A DNA stretch of 64,000 nt from contig JAICUI010000011.1 in NCBI GenBank assembly GCA_025935925.1, positions 2,676-66,675 of the forward strand, in the 5' to 3' direction. The notes beneath the pieces were generated by a model. That model was not told the DNA's origin and did no database searches. It saw only the letters and a program-made list of their open reading frames with translations. The position numbers and the translations under genes were made by a program. Shown here one piece after another: positions 1 through 8,173 of the stretch. The DNA comes from Chloroflexota bacterium (GTDB lineage: Bacteria > Chloroflexota > Limnocylindria > Limnocylindrales > CSP1-4). The stretch's first letter is position 1; every line of letters begins with the position of its first letter.

Positions 1-95
1 TCGGCGAAGAACTCGAGGAACTTCGCGCGGATCTCGGACGCGGTGAGGTACGGGATTCCGGCGTCGGACCGGGCGGGGCTGACCATCGTGGCCAT
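1..95 (-). CDS. alaS: Alanine--tRNA ligase, N-terminal end only (gene runs off the left edge)
   Basis: Reverse-strand reading from the ATG at 95-93 gives MATMVSPARSDAGIPYLTASEIRAKFLEFFA.... This matches the conserved AlaRS N-terminus pattern (xEIRxxFLxFF). Only ~31 codons are visible. Confidence 0.55.
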   Translation of the reverse strand, partial: MATMVSPARSDAGIPYLTASEIRAKFLEFFA

Positions 96-157
96 GGTAC
101 CGAACGGGCGGTCGACGATCGGGACGGGGGTTCCCGTGTCTCGCTCGTGCCGGCGCG

Positions 158-1393
158 TCAGGCACTGCGCGCCGGGCCAGCGCGCGGGTCGGCGGCATTA
201 GCTGGGCGCGGTCGTCGCCAGATCGACCGGGTCAGGTCCGGAGCAGCAACGAACAGGATGGCGAGCGCCGCGACGACGGTGAGGAGCGCGAGCGGGATCC
301 CGGTGGCGATCGCCATGCTCTTGCCGCCGGTGTCGAGCGCCCCGTAGAGCACGGCCACGGCCACGACGCCGGCGGGTCGCCGGCCGGCCAGGAGCGCGAG
401 GGCGATGGCGACGTAGCCGAAGTCCGGCGAGGGCTCGCTGAACGAGCCCAGGGTCGGACCGAGGAGGTAGAACGCGCTGGCCATGCCGACGAGGGCGCCG
501 GACAGCGACATCGCGAGGATCGTGGCCCGGTCCGACCGGATGCCGGCTGCCCGGGCGGCGGTGCGGCTGAACCCGGTCGTCCGCAGCTCGAAGCCCAGCG
601 TCGTGCGGAACAGCAGCACAGACACGACGACCGCCATCGCCAGGGCGACGACGAAGCCGTAGTCGACGCGGATCGTCCGCAGGGCGATGAGGCGCGGGAC
701 GGCGGGCAGCGGTCCCCGGGGGCCAGGGAGGTCGACGAGACCGGCGATGAGGAACGCGACGCTCGACGCCATGCCGTTGAGCATCACGGTGGTGATCACC
801 TCGTGGGCACCGGTCCGCGCCTTCAGGAGACCCGGGACGAACGCGTATGCGGCGCCCGCGGCCGTCCCGCCGACGACCGCGACGAGCAGGGCCACCGGCG
901 GGGGCAGGGACCCCGCAACGAGCCCCGCGGCGATGACGGTGCCGACGCCACCGAGGACGAACTGCCCGTCGACGCCGAGGTTGAACAGGCCGGCGCGGAA
1001 CGACACCGCGAGGCCGAGGCCCGCGAACATGAACGGCGTCGCGCTGACGAGGGTCTCGGAGACCGGCCGCAGCGCCCGCTCGACGTCGGCGGGGCGGCCG
1101 CTCTGGATCGCGGCAACGATGCGGCCCGGGTCGCCGAGGGCGCCGGCGAGCATCGCCGCGTAACCCTCGACCAGGCCGCCGAGCGCGCCGCCGAGCGCGA
1201 CGACGGGATCCGTGCCGAGCCGGCCCAGGTGGTCGAGGTCGGTCAGCACGATCATGACCGCGCCCAGGACGAAGGCGGTGAGCAGCGCGAGCGCCGGAAG
1301 CGTGGCGCGCTGGAGCGCTCGGCGGACTCGCTGCATCGGTCCAGTGTCGCCGCCGCGGCCGTGGTCGGGTGCGCCGGCCGCCGCTGGCGTCAC
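158..1393 (-). CDS. ABC transporter permease (BMP/nucleoside-sugar, RbsC/YufP-like)
   Basis: 411-aa multi-TM ORF with the glycine-rich core FNLGVDGQFVLGG typical of this permease family. Codon third positions are GC-rich. An alternative start (MQRVRR) lies ~57 nt downstream. Confidence 0.75.
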   Translation of the reverse strand: MTPAAAGAPDHGRGGDTGPMQRVRRALQRATLPALALLTAFVLGAVMIVLTDLDHLGRLGTDPVVALGGALGGLVEGYAAMLAGALGDPGRIVAAIQSGRPADVERALRPVSETLVSATPFMFAGLGLAVSFRAGLFNLGVDGQFVLGGVGTVIAAGLVAGSLPPPVALLVAVVGGTAAGAAYAFVPGLLKARTGAHEVITTVMLNGMASSVAFLIAGLVDLPGPRGPLPAVPRLIALRTIRVDYGFVVALAMAVVVSVLLFRTTLGFELRTTGFSRTAARAAGIRSDRATILAMSLSGALVGMASAFYLLGPTLGSFSEPSPDFGYVAIALALLAGRRPAGVVAVAVLYGALDTGGKSMAIATGIPLALLTVVAALAILFVAAPDLTRSIWRRPRPANAADPRAGPARSA

Positions 1394-1502
1394 GTCAGGC
1401 GGAGCGGGGGCAGGCTCGAGTACGGAGGGTGGCGCGGCCTCATTCGGGGTGCGGAGCCCCCCAGCGCTCGATCTTCAGGTTCCTCTGAGGCTTGTCCGGC
1501 AC

Positions 1503-2000
1503 TTCCTGTCAGAACTCCATCTTGCGACCGTTAGCCACCCATCGCGCTGCCAGATCGCGAGCCGGCGACCATCTGACAGACGACGACACACGCGATCGTG
1601 CGCAGCTGGCCCCCTTGGGCATCGTTCCGCAGGGACCCGAGCCGGCTAACGGTCACCAGTTGCGGAACTGACAGGAACGCAACCCCCGGCAGGGGGACGC
1701 GGTACATCTCTCCGCGAGTGTTCGCCAATGTCACCCGACGGCGGATCGGCTTGCGGTTCCTGTCACATCGTCATCCTGCGACCGTTGGCCACCTGTTTCC
1801 CTGCCAGATCGCGAGCCAGCGACCATCTGACAGACGTCGAGAGCAGCGGTGGTGCTCAACGGGCGTCCTCGGTAATCAACCCGCCCAGAGCGGAGCTGGA
1901 TACCGGTTACCAGATGGCGAATTGACAGGAACGCGACGGCCGGCCGGAGAACGCGCACAACCATCCGCGAGTGTCCCGCAATGTCACCCGAGGCGGCATC
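1503..2000. repeat. Two diverged tandem copies (period ~254 bp) of a non-coding module with conserved blocks and 9-10 bp inverted repeats
   Basis: Hand alignment of three conserved blocks. Block 1 is 1503-1582 vs 1757-1836, about 68/80 identical with no indels. Block 2 is 1650-1683 vs 1904-1937 (cggtYaccagWtg..tgacaggaacgcRac). Block 3 is 1712-1747 vs 1965-2000 (ccgcgagtgt.c..caatgtcacccgaSggcgg.atc). The interiors between blocks are essentially unalignable. Inverted repeats: ttcctgtcag (1503-1512) with ctgacaggaa (1668-1677), and ttcctgtca (1757-1765) with tgacaggaa (1923-1931). Confidence 0.8.
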
Positions 2001-2011
2001 TGGCCGATGGC

Positions 2012-2299
2012 ATGATGCGGTCTCCGATGGAAGAGGACGACCGGTTTCCAAAGCATCATGCTGCCCCTTCAATCGAACGCGACGTAGCCGCGATTCGTGA
2101 GCGGGGCGACGGCCTGACCTTCGCCGCGACGAAGGCCAAGGATCGCGTGAACTTCAACGTGCCCTGGTCGGTGGTCGTGACCTTCGTGGACCGGGCGAGC
2201 GGCATACCCGAGAAGGTCACATTGGCTAGGTGCCGAACCGGCAAGGTTGCGAACCAGATCGTTGCCGCTCTGAGGGAGCACGAGAGTCCGGGTGACTAG
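2012..2299 (+). CDS. Hypothetical small protein (95 aa), compositionally atypical
   Basis: ATG at 2012 within track ORF 1598..2299. The translation MMRSPMEEDDRFPKHH...FAATKAKDRVNFNVPWSVVVTFVDRASGIPEKVTLARCRTGKVANQIVAALREHESPGD looks globular. It has many A/T-ending codons (tct, ttt, cca, cat, tca, gta, att, ata, aca, ttg, gtt), unlike its neighbours. No family recognised. Confidence 0.4.
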   Translation: MMRSPMEEDDRFPKHHAAPSIERDVAAIRERGDGLTFAATKAKDRVNFNVPWSVVVTFVDRASGIPEKVTLARCRTGKVANQIVAALREHESPGD

Positions 2300-2331
2300 A
2301 CGTGCGGCTCCCCCAGAGTGCGCCAATGTCA

Positions 2332-2721
2332 TCAGAGGCCGCGCTCCTCCGGTGGGCCGAAACGGAGACTCAGCAGGATGGCGCTCGCGCCCGTCACCAA
2401 AGCGATGAACAGGGTGGTCTCGTCGCCCGTCGCCGAACCAACGACGGCGCCCGCTCCCAGGAAGCCGAGGAACGTGGCTCGAAGCAGGCCGGCGCCGACG
2501 AGGTCGATGTCAGCCCCATCGCTCGAACCGCGTCGCGACACCACGCTCGTATTGGTCACCAGGATCGACGCGAAGACGTAGACCGCTCCAATCAGCAGCG
2601 CGACCGCACCGATCGACAGGGCGACCCTGGCGAGGCCAAGGACGGCTGCGGCGCTCCCTGCCGCGACGCCGATCAGCGCGGCCGCGACCCAGCGAACGAC
2701 CAGCCAGAAGAGCGCGGACAT
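2332..2721 (-). CDS. Hypothetical integral membrane protein (129 aa)
   Basis: Three to four hydrophobic helices (LFWLVVRWVAAALIGVAAG, LSIGAVALLIGAVYVFASILV, LLRATFLGFLGAGAVVG, LFIALVTGASAILLSL). GC3-rich codons. Confidence 0.6.
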   Translation of the reverse strand: MSALFWLVVRWVAAALIGVAAGSAAAVLGLARVALSIGAVALLIGAVYVFASILVTNTSVVSRRGSSDGADIDLVGAGLLRATFLGFLGAGAVVGSATGDETTLFIALVTGASAILLSLRFGPPEERGL

Positions 2722-2967
2722 GGACGAAGCCTACAAACGGCGAATGGACCCCGCGGTCCCCGAGCGTGATGTCGCCCGACGTCGACCCGGTTCCCCAACT
2801 GTGTTCCCGTGGGAGACGAGCGGGACAGGATCGACGTCGGTCCGGCCAAGACTCGTGCATTCGGTCCTGGGGCGGACCGGGTGCGCCGGATACCGGGTCG
2901 GGCGGTCGCGGCGGGCGATTCGTGTCGAGACCGTCCGCCACGGAACATGCGGGCACGAACCAGCGCA

Positions 2968-3177
2968 TCAGTCCCTGGGCGGGTCCTCGGTGCGGCGGCG
3001 ACGGACGAAGGCCGCACCGGCCAGCGCCGCGCCGACCATCGCTCCCACCGCGATCCCGCCCAGGAACCGCTTCGAGCGCTCCGAGTCGCCGCCCAGCAGC
3101 TCCGCGAGGTCGCCGAGGCCGCCGAGCGGCCGGGGTGCTGCCGTTCGCGATCGCGCGGGGCGCCGGTCGTCGGCCAC
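2968..3177 (-). CDS. Small membrane-anchored protein (69 aa, YtxH-like look)
   Basis: GTG start one nt after the stop of the upstream 93-aa gene. One glycine/alanine-rich TM (FLGGIAVGAMVGAALAGAAFV) followed by RRRR. Confidence 0.5.
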   Translation of the reverse strand: MADDRRPARSRTAAPRPLGGLGDLAELLGGDSERSKRFLGGIAVGAMVGAALAGAAFVRRRRTEDPPRD

Positions 3178-3178
3178 G

Positions 3179-3460
3179 TCAGCCTGCCTTTCCGGACTGG
3201 GGGGCGAGGGTCGCCAGGATCGCCACGATCCCGATGCCGATCCACGCCATCACCGACGCGGCGACGATGGAGAAGTCGCCGATGGCGAGGAGCGAGACGC
3301 CGAGCCGCCCGGCGATCGCGGCCCCCGCCCACGCGCCAAGCGACGCCGCGACGTAGGTCACGGGGAGCCGGCCGCCGGCGTCGCCGCGGATGAGGACGTA
3401 CAGCCCCGTGTTGGCGAGCCCGACGAGCAGGGCGAGCGGCAGCGCGGGCCCGATGGTCAT
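3179..3460 (-). CDS. Small integral membrane protein (93 aa)
   Basis: The ATG at 3460-3458 overlaps the mnmA stop as ATGA. The translation [23 protein letters not shown]...[18 protein letters not shown] has 3 predicted TM segments. The longer track ORF 3179..4312 upstream of this Met is R/G-rich out-of-frame overlap with mnmA. Confidence 0.6.
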   Translation of the reverse strand: MTIGPALPLALLVGLANTGLYVLIRGDAGGRLPVTYVAASLGAWAGAAIAGRLGVSLLAIGDFSIVAASVMAWIGIGIVAILATLAPQSGKAG

Positions 3461-4605
3461 GCCGGAGCGGCGGCGGCGGCCGCACCGGCCGGCTGGCGCG
3501 CGCCCGGGGCGGCGATCCGCCCCCCGCCGAGGCACACCTCGCCGTCGTACAGGACGCAGGCCTGCCCGGGGGCGATGGCCCACACGGGCGTGTCGGTCTC
3601 GACGACCCACGACCCGTGCCGTGCCGGCTCCTCGTCGCTCGCCGGCCGCACCCACGCGTCCACGAGCGGCGCACGATGGCGGATCCGGACCTGGGCCCGG
3701 AACGACGACCGGGCACGGACGCCCGCCACGAACGTGACCTTCTCCAGCGGCACCACCCGGGTCTCGAGGTCCTCGCGCCGCCCGAGGACGATGGCGTTCG
3801 TCGCGGGATCGATCCGCGACACGTAGCGCGGCTCCCCGAGCGCGACCCCGAGGCCCTTGCGCTGGCCGACGGTGTACCCGGGCGCCCCGTCGTGCTCGCC
3901 GACGCGCGCCCCGTCCGCGTCGAAGACCGGCCCCGACGCCGGCACCCAGCCGCCACGCGACTTGAGCTCCTCGCGGTAGTCCCCGCCCGGCACGAAGCAG
4001 ATCTCCTGGCTCTCCGGCTTGTCCGCGGTGACGAGGCCGAGCCCGCGCGCGACGGAACGGACCTCCGGCTTCGTGAGCTCGCCCAGCGGGAACCGGCTGT
4101 GCCACAGCTGGTCCTGCCGCAGGCCGTAGAGGAAGTACGTCTGATCCTTGGCCTCGTCGGCGGCGCGGGCGAGGACGGCCCGCGGCCCATCGTCGGTGTC
4201 GACGACCAGCCGCCGTGCGTAGTGCCCGGTCGCGACGGCCTCGCAGTCGTACTGGTGACGCGCCTTGCCGAGCAACGCCCCGAACTTGACCACCGTGTTG
4301 CAGTCGACGCACGGGCTCGGCGTCCGCCCGCCGAGGTACGCCGCGATGAACGGCTCGATGACGCCCGCGCCGAACTCACGCTCGAGGTTCATGACGTAGA
4401 ACGGGATCCCGAGCCTGGCAGCGACCCGGCGCGCATCGTCCGCCGCGTCCGCGGTGCAGCAGCTGCGCCGGTTCTCGGACCAGGTGTCGGCGACGTCGTG
4501 GAGGCGCATCCACACGCCGACGACGTCGTGTCCCTGCTCATGGAGCAGCGCCGCCGCGACGGAGCTGTCCACGCCGCCCGACATGGCGACGAGGATCCGG
4601 CTCAT
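3457..4605 (-). CDS. mnmA: tRNA-specific 2-thiouridylase MnmA
   Basis: Starts [21 protein letters not shown] (PP-loop SGGxDS). Also contains [25 protein letters not shown] and a C-terminal beta-barrel region. 382 aa. Its start overlaps the stop of the upstream desulfurase by 4 nt. Confidence 0.93.
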   Translation of the reverse strand: MSRILVAMSGGVDSSVAAALLHEQGHDVVGVWMRLHDVADTWSENRRSCCTADAADDARRVAARLGIPFYVMNLEREFGAGVIEPFIAAYLGGRTPSPCVDCNTVVKFGALLGKARHQYDCEAVATGHYARRLVVDTDDGPRAVLARAADEAKDQTYFLYGLRQDQLWHSRFPLGELTKPEVRSVARGLGLVTADKPESQEICFVPGGDYREELKSRGGWVPASGPVFDADGARVGEHDGAPGYTVGQRKGLGVALGEPRYVSRIDPATNAIVLGRREDLETRVVPLEKVTFVAGVRARSSFRAQVRIRHRAPLVDAWVRPASDEEPARHGSWVVETDTPVWAIAPGQACVLYDGEVCLGGGRIAAPGARQPAGAAAAAAPA

Positions 4606-5786
4606 GCTCGGGCCGCCTCCGCGTGCTCGATCGAAGGGGTCCGCAGCGAGGCCTCGGAGAGCCGGCGAAGGATCGCGGGCACGACGGTCGCCGCCTGGTC
4701 GATCTCGGCATCGGTCGTGGTGCGGCCCAGGCTCAGCCGGACCGCGCCGCGGGCCTCGTCCTCGGGGTAGCCCATCGCGGCGAGCACGTGGCTGACCTCC
4801 GTCGATCCGCTCGTGCACGCCGACCCGGTCGATGCAGCGATCCCCTCGAGGTCGAGCGCGACGGTCACCGACCCGCCGTCCACGTTGCGCGCGACGACCG
4901 ACAGGATGTGCGGCAGGCGCTCGGTCTCGTGACCCGTCAGCTCGACGCCGTCCACCGCGGTCACGGCCTCGGCGAGGCGGTCGCGCAGCGCCCGGACCCG
5001 CGGGGCGGTGGCGTTCCGCTCCGCCGCGACGAGCTCGAACGCCCTGGCCATGCCCACCGCCCCGGCCACGTCCTCCGTGCCCGCGCGCCGGTGGCGCTCC
5101 TGCGACCCGCCGTGCTGCTGCGCGAGGATGTGGGTCCCCTTGCGGATCCACAGCGCGCCGGTGCCCTTGGGTCCCTCGGCCTTGTGCGCGCCGAGGGCCA
5201 CGAAGTCGGCGCCGAGCGCCTGCACGTCGAGGTCGACCCACGGCGCCGCCTGGACGGCGTCGACATGGAGCAGCACCCCGCGGTGCGTCCGCACGCGTCG
5301 CGCGATCTCCTCGATCGGCTGGATCGTGCCGACCTCGTTGTTGGCGAGCATCACGGCGACGAGGATCGTCCGCTCGTTGATCGCAGCCTCGACGTCCGCC
5401 GGGTCGACGCGGCCGTAACGGTCGACCGGGACCTCGACGACCTCGAACCCGAACTTCTCCAGGTACTGGAGCGTGTGGCCGACCGCGTGGTGCTCGACGG
5501 CGCTCGTCACGAGCCGGGCTCCGCGCGCGCGACCCGCCCACGCCGCGCCCTTGATCGCGAGGTTGCTCGCCTCGGTCCCGCCGCTCGTGAACACGATCTC
5601 GCGGGCCTCCGCGCGGATGGACCGCGCCAGGCGGTCGTGCGCGTCGTCGAGCGCCTCGCGCGCCGCGCGCCCGTACGCGTGCGTCGACGACGGGTTGCCG
5701 AAAATGCCGCCCAGGTACGGCAGCATCGCGTCCAGGACCTCGCGGCGCAGCGGCGTGGTGGCGGCGTGGTCGAGGTAGATCGGCAT
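4602..5786 (-). CDS. Cysteine desulfurase (class V aminotransferase, IscS/NifS/YrvO-like)
   Basis: [13 protein letters not shown]...[11 protein letters not shown]...[15 protein letters not shown]...[19 protein letters not shown] (PLP-lysine region)...[10 protein letters not shown] (active-site Cys loop). Adjacency to mnmA is the classic tRNA thiolation pairing. Confidence 0.9.
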   Translation of the reverse strand: MPIYLDHAATTPLRREVLDAMLPYLGGIFGNPSSTHAYGRAAREALDDAHDRLARSIRAEAREIVFTSGGTEASNLAIKGAAWAGRARGARLVTSAVEHHAVGHTLQYLEKFGFEVVEVPVDRYGRVDPADVEAAINERTILVAVMLANNEVGTIQPIEEIARRVRTHRGVLLHVDAVQAAPWVDLDVQALGADFVALGAHKAEGPKGTGALWIRKGTHILAQQHGGSQERHRRAGTEDVAGAVGMARAFELVAAERNATAPRVRALRDRLAEAVTAVDGVELTGHETERLPHILSVVARNVDGGSVTVALDLEGIAASTGSACTSGSTEVSHVLAAMGYPEDEARGAVRLSLGRTTTDAEIDQAATVVPAILRRLSEASLRTPSIEHAEAARA

Positions 5787-5889
5787 CGCCGCGATTGTAC
5801 GCGCGGGTCCCGCGGGCCCCGTCGCGCATCGCTCCCGTACACTGCCCCCCGACCCGGACCGCCCGTCAGGTCCGCGAGGGGAGGTCTCG

Positions 5890-7764
5890 ATGCGCCGGAT
5901 CCACGCCTTGTTCGCGGTCGTCGTCCTGCTGGCGACGCTCGTCCCCGCGGCCGCGCTCGCCGCGCCGGCCCAGGTCACCGGGACGATCACCGCCTCGGGA
6001 GACGTCACGCTTGGCGCGGGCGCCATCGCGGTCGTCACGCTCGTCGACCAGCAGGCCGATCCGAGCGCCGGCGTCGTGATCGGGAACCAGCGCATCGACG
6101 GGGCGACGTTCCCCGTCTCGTTCGCCATCGACTACGACGACGCGGACGTCGACCCCGGACACAGCTACGCGCTGTTCGCCAGCGTCATCGACGGCGCGAC
6201 GGAGTACCAGAGCGTCGAGCCCGTCCCGGTGATCACCGGCGGCCCGACGTCGGACGTCGCGGTGACCGTCGTGCCGCGGAGCGGGGCCGCGACCGACCAC
6301 CTCACCGGGACGATCACCCGCAAGGACAAGAGCGCGCTGTCCGGGCAGGCGGTCGCGGTCGTGGCGCTGATCAACGAGAAGCTCGGCACGCTCGTCGCGC
6401 GCCAGGTGATCCCGGCGATCACCAAGGAGCCGATCCCGTTCGACATCGCGTACGACCCGGGCATCCTCGACCCGGGCGCGACCTACGTCGTGCGGGCCGG
6501 GATCGTCGACGGCGGGAAGCGCTGGAACGCCGAGAAGGGTGTGCCGGCGATCGTCGACGGCGTCCCCGTGAAGTCGCTCACCATCCCGGTCACGCCGGTC
6601 GCGGCGGCACCGTCGGCGGCGCCGAGCGCCGCGCCCAGCGCGGGGACCAGCGCCGCGCCGAGCACGCTGCCGAGCGCGGCTCCCACGGCGACGCCGGCAC
6701 CGACACCGTCCCCCACCCCGAAGCCGTCGCCGACCCCAAAGCCGTCCGCCACCCCCGCGCCGACCCCGTCGCCGTCGCCCAGCGCGCCGCCCAGCTCCAG
6801 CCCGAGCGCGCCGGCGTCCGAGGCCCCGTCCGCGACCGTCGCGCCGTCGGCATCCGCCTCGGCGCCGGCGTCCGAGGCCCCGTCGCCCTCCGCCTCCGCA
6901 TCGGCCTCCCCCACCCCGGGCCCGGACTCCGGTGTGCTCCGCGGGACCCTCACCTGGAAGGAGCAGCACGAGCCCGGGAAGGACGCCCGCGCCGTCGTCG
7001 TCCTGATCGAGGGCGGCAACTCGGCGACCCAGGGGACGACCGTCGCCTCGACGTCCATCCGCGACCCAGGCCCGAAGCCGGTCAAGTTCGAGCTCGCCTA
7101 TCCCACCTCGAAGATCAAGCCCGACGCCACGTACCGGCTGTACGCCGGGCTCGTCGACGGGAACCTCGCGTGGGTCACCCCCACGGGCGTCAAGGTCGAC
7201 GTCCCGAGCCCGCTCATCGAGGGCCTGGAGCTCCAGCTCGACTACCGGCCCGACCTCCTGAAGGCGGCGGTGGGCGGGACGATCACGGGTGTCGGCCTGG
7301 ACCCGTCGCGTGACCCCGATGCGTACGGCACGGCGCTCGTCATCCGCGTCGACACGGGGGAGACCGTCGGGTTCCAGCTCGTCGCGCCCGTCGGCGCGGC
7401 CCCCGTGCCGTTCTCGGTCCCGTACGACCCGACGACGCTCGACCCGAACGCCGACTACGTCGCCCGCGGCTCGATGTGGGACGGGACGACGCTGTGGGCC
7501 GCCGATGCGGGCGTCCCGGTGATCACCAAGGGCAACGCCCGGTCCGGCGTCGTCCTGACCGTCGCCGAGGCGGTGACGCCGCAGGCCAGCCCGTCGGCGT
7601 CCGCCGTCGCGAGCGCGCCACCGCCGCCCGCACCGACGCCGGCACCGAGCGCGGCGACGTCCGAGACGAGCCGGCCGGCGAACGGCCTCGCGATCTTCGC
7701 CATCCTCGGGATCGGCGGGCTGCTGCTCGTCGCCCTGCTCGTCTACCTGCGCTCGAGGAAGTAG
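5890..7764 (+). CDS. Secreted, C-terminally membrane-anchored protein with four YbaY/YscW-like repeats and a P/S/A/T-rich linker
   Basis: Signal peptide MRRIHALFAVVVLLATLVPAAALAAPA. Four ~105-aa repeats share GTIT...(A/V)VV.L(V/I)...P(V/I)PF...YD...(L/V)DP...Y...(I/V)DG...W......VP(V/A)I. The low-complexity linker is aa 237-347. The C-terminal TM is GLAIFAILGIGGLLLVALLVYL, followed by RSRK. Confidence 0.8.
   Translation: MRRIHALFAVVVLLATLVPAAALAAPAQVTGTITASGDVTLGAGAIAVVTLVDQQADPSAGVVIGNQRIDGATFPVSFAIDYDDADVDPGHSYALFASVIDGATEYQSVEPVPVITGGPTSDVAVTVVPRSGAATDHLTGTITRKDKSALSGQAVAVVALINEKLGTLVARQVIPAITKEPIPFDIAYDPGILDPGATYVVRAGIVDGGKRWNAEKGVPAIVDGVPVKSLTIPVTPVAAAPSAAPSAAPSAGTSAAPSTLPSAAPTATPAPTPSPTPKPSPTPKPSATPAPTPSPSPSAPPSSSPSAPASEAPSATVAPSASASAPASEAPSPSASASASPTPGPDSGVLRGTLTWKEQHEPGKDARAVVVLIEGGNSATQGTTVASTSIRDPGPKPVKFELAYPTSKIKPDATYRLYAGLVDGNLAWVTPTGVKVDVPSPLIEGLELQLDYRPDLLKAAVGGTITGVGLDPSRDPDAYGTALVIRVDTGETVGFQLVAPVGAAPVPFSVPYDPTTLDPNADYVARGSMWDGTTLWAADAGVPVITKGNARSGVVLTVAEAVTPQASPSASAVASAPPPPAPTPAPSAATSETSRPANGLAIFAILGIGGLLLVALLVYLRSRK
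6598..6930 (+). repeat. Low-complexity coding repeat (Ala/Pro/Ser/Thr linker) inside the YbaY-like gene
   Basis: Encodes AAAPSAAPSAAPSAGTSAAPS...PTPSPTPKPSPTPKPSATPAPTPSPSPS...APASEAPS. Contains an exact 23-nt direct repeat gcgccggcgtccgaggccccgtc at 6808-6830 and 6862-6884. Confidence 0.85.
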
Positions 7765-7798
7765 CCGGCCCCCTCGACGCGCGAGGGACAATGGCGCC

Positions 7799-8173
7799 AT
7801 GGACCTCGACGTCCTGTTCTGGGTCGTGATCGCGGGGATCGTGCTCGCCTGGCTGGTGCACTCGATCCCGGAGCCGGCCGAGACGCTCGGCGGGATCTTC
7901 GGGTTCCGCGAGGTGCTCTGGCCGTCGGGCGTCCAGGAGGACGACGACGCGCACTGGTCGTGGAAGCGCCCGGCGCGCGACCGGTCCGCGCGCGAGCGAG
8001 CGGCGCCGCCGGAGGTGGTCGACGGGGTCGGCTTCGTGGCCGAGGCGAAGGCGCCCGAGGCTGAGGGGGATCGGCCCGAGCCCGAGGCGCGACCCGGCGT
8101 GCGGGGCGGGACCTACCAGGTCCGCGCGATCGTCCGCTACGAGGTGCGGTCGGCGGACCGGGCGAGGTCGTAG
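7799..8173 (+). CDS. Hypothetical protein with an N-terminal TM helix (124 aa)
   Basis: Starts MDLDVLFWVVIAGIVLAWLVH, followed by an acidic/charged tail. GC3-rich codons. gaggga lies ~12 nt upstream of the ATG. The 3' end overlaps the convergent typA by 37 nt. Confidence 0.55.
   Translation: MDLDVLFWVVIAGIVLAWLVHSIPEPAETLGGIFGFREVLWPSGVQEDDDAHWSWKRPARDRSARERAAPPEVVDGVGFVAEAKAPEAEGDRPEPEARPGVRGGTYQVRAIVRYEVRSADRARS

Noticed and set aside
1531-2072. Small ORFs inside the tandem repeat (1531..1734 -, 1731..2072 -, 1728..1925 +) whose translations share peptides such as CQMVAGSRSG or FLS..H.ATV.H...CQIAS.RPSDRR.
   Set aside because: The shared peptides simply mirror the nucleotide identity of the repeat blocks and appear in several frames and on both strands. 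Substitutions show no third-position bias. There are no RBS-like sequences, and the unalignable interiors do not maintain a coding pattern.
6598-6930. Repetitive DNA inside 5890..7764 as a possible CRISPR array or VNTR locus.
   Set aside because: The repeats are irregular and in frame. They encode an Ala/Pro/Ser/Thr linker within a clearly coding gene, with no repeat-spacer periodicity.
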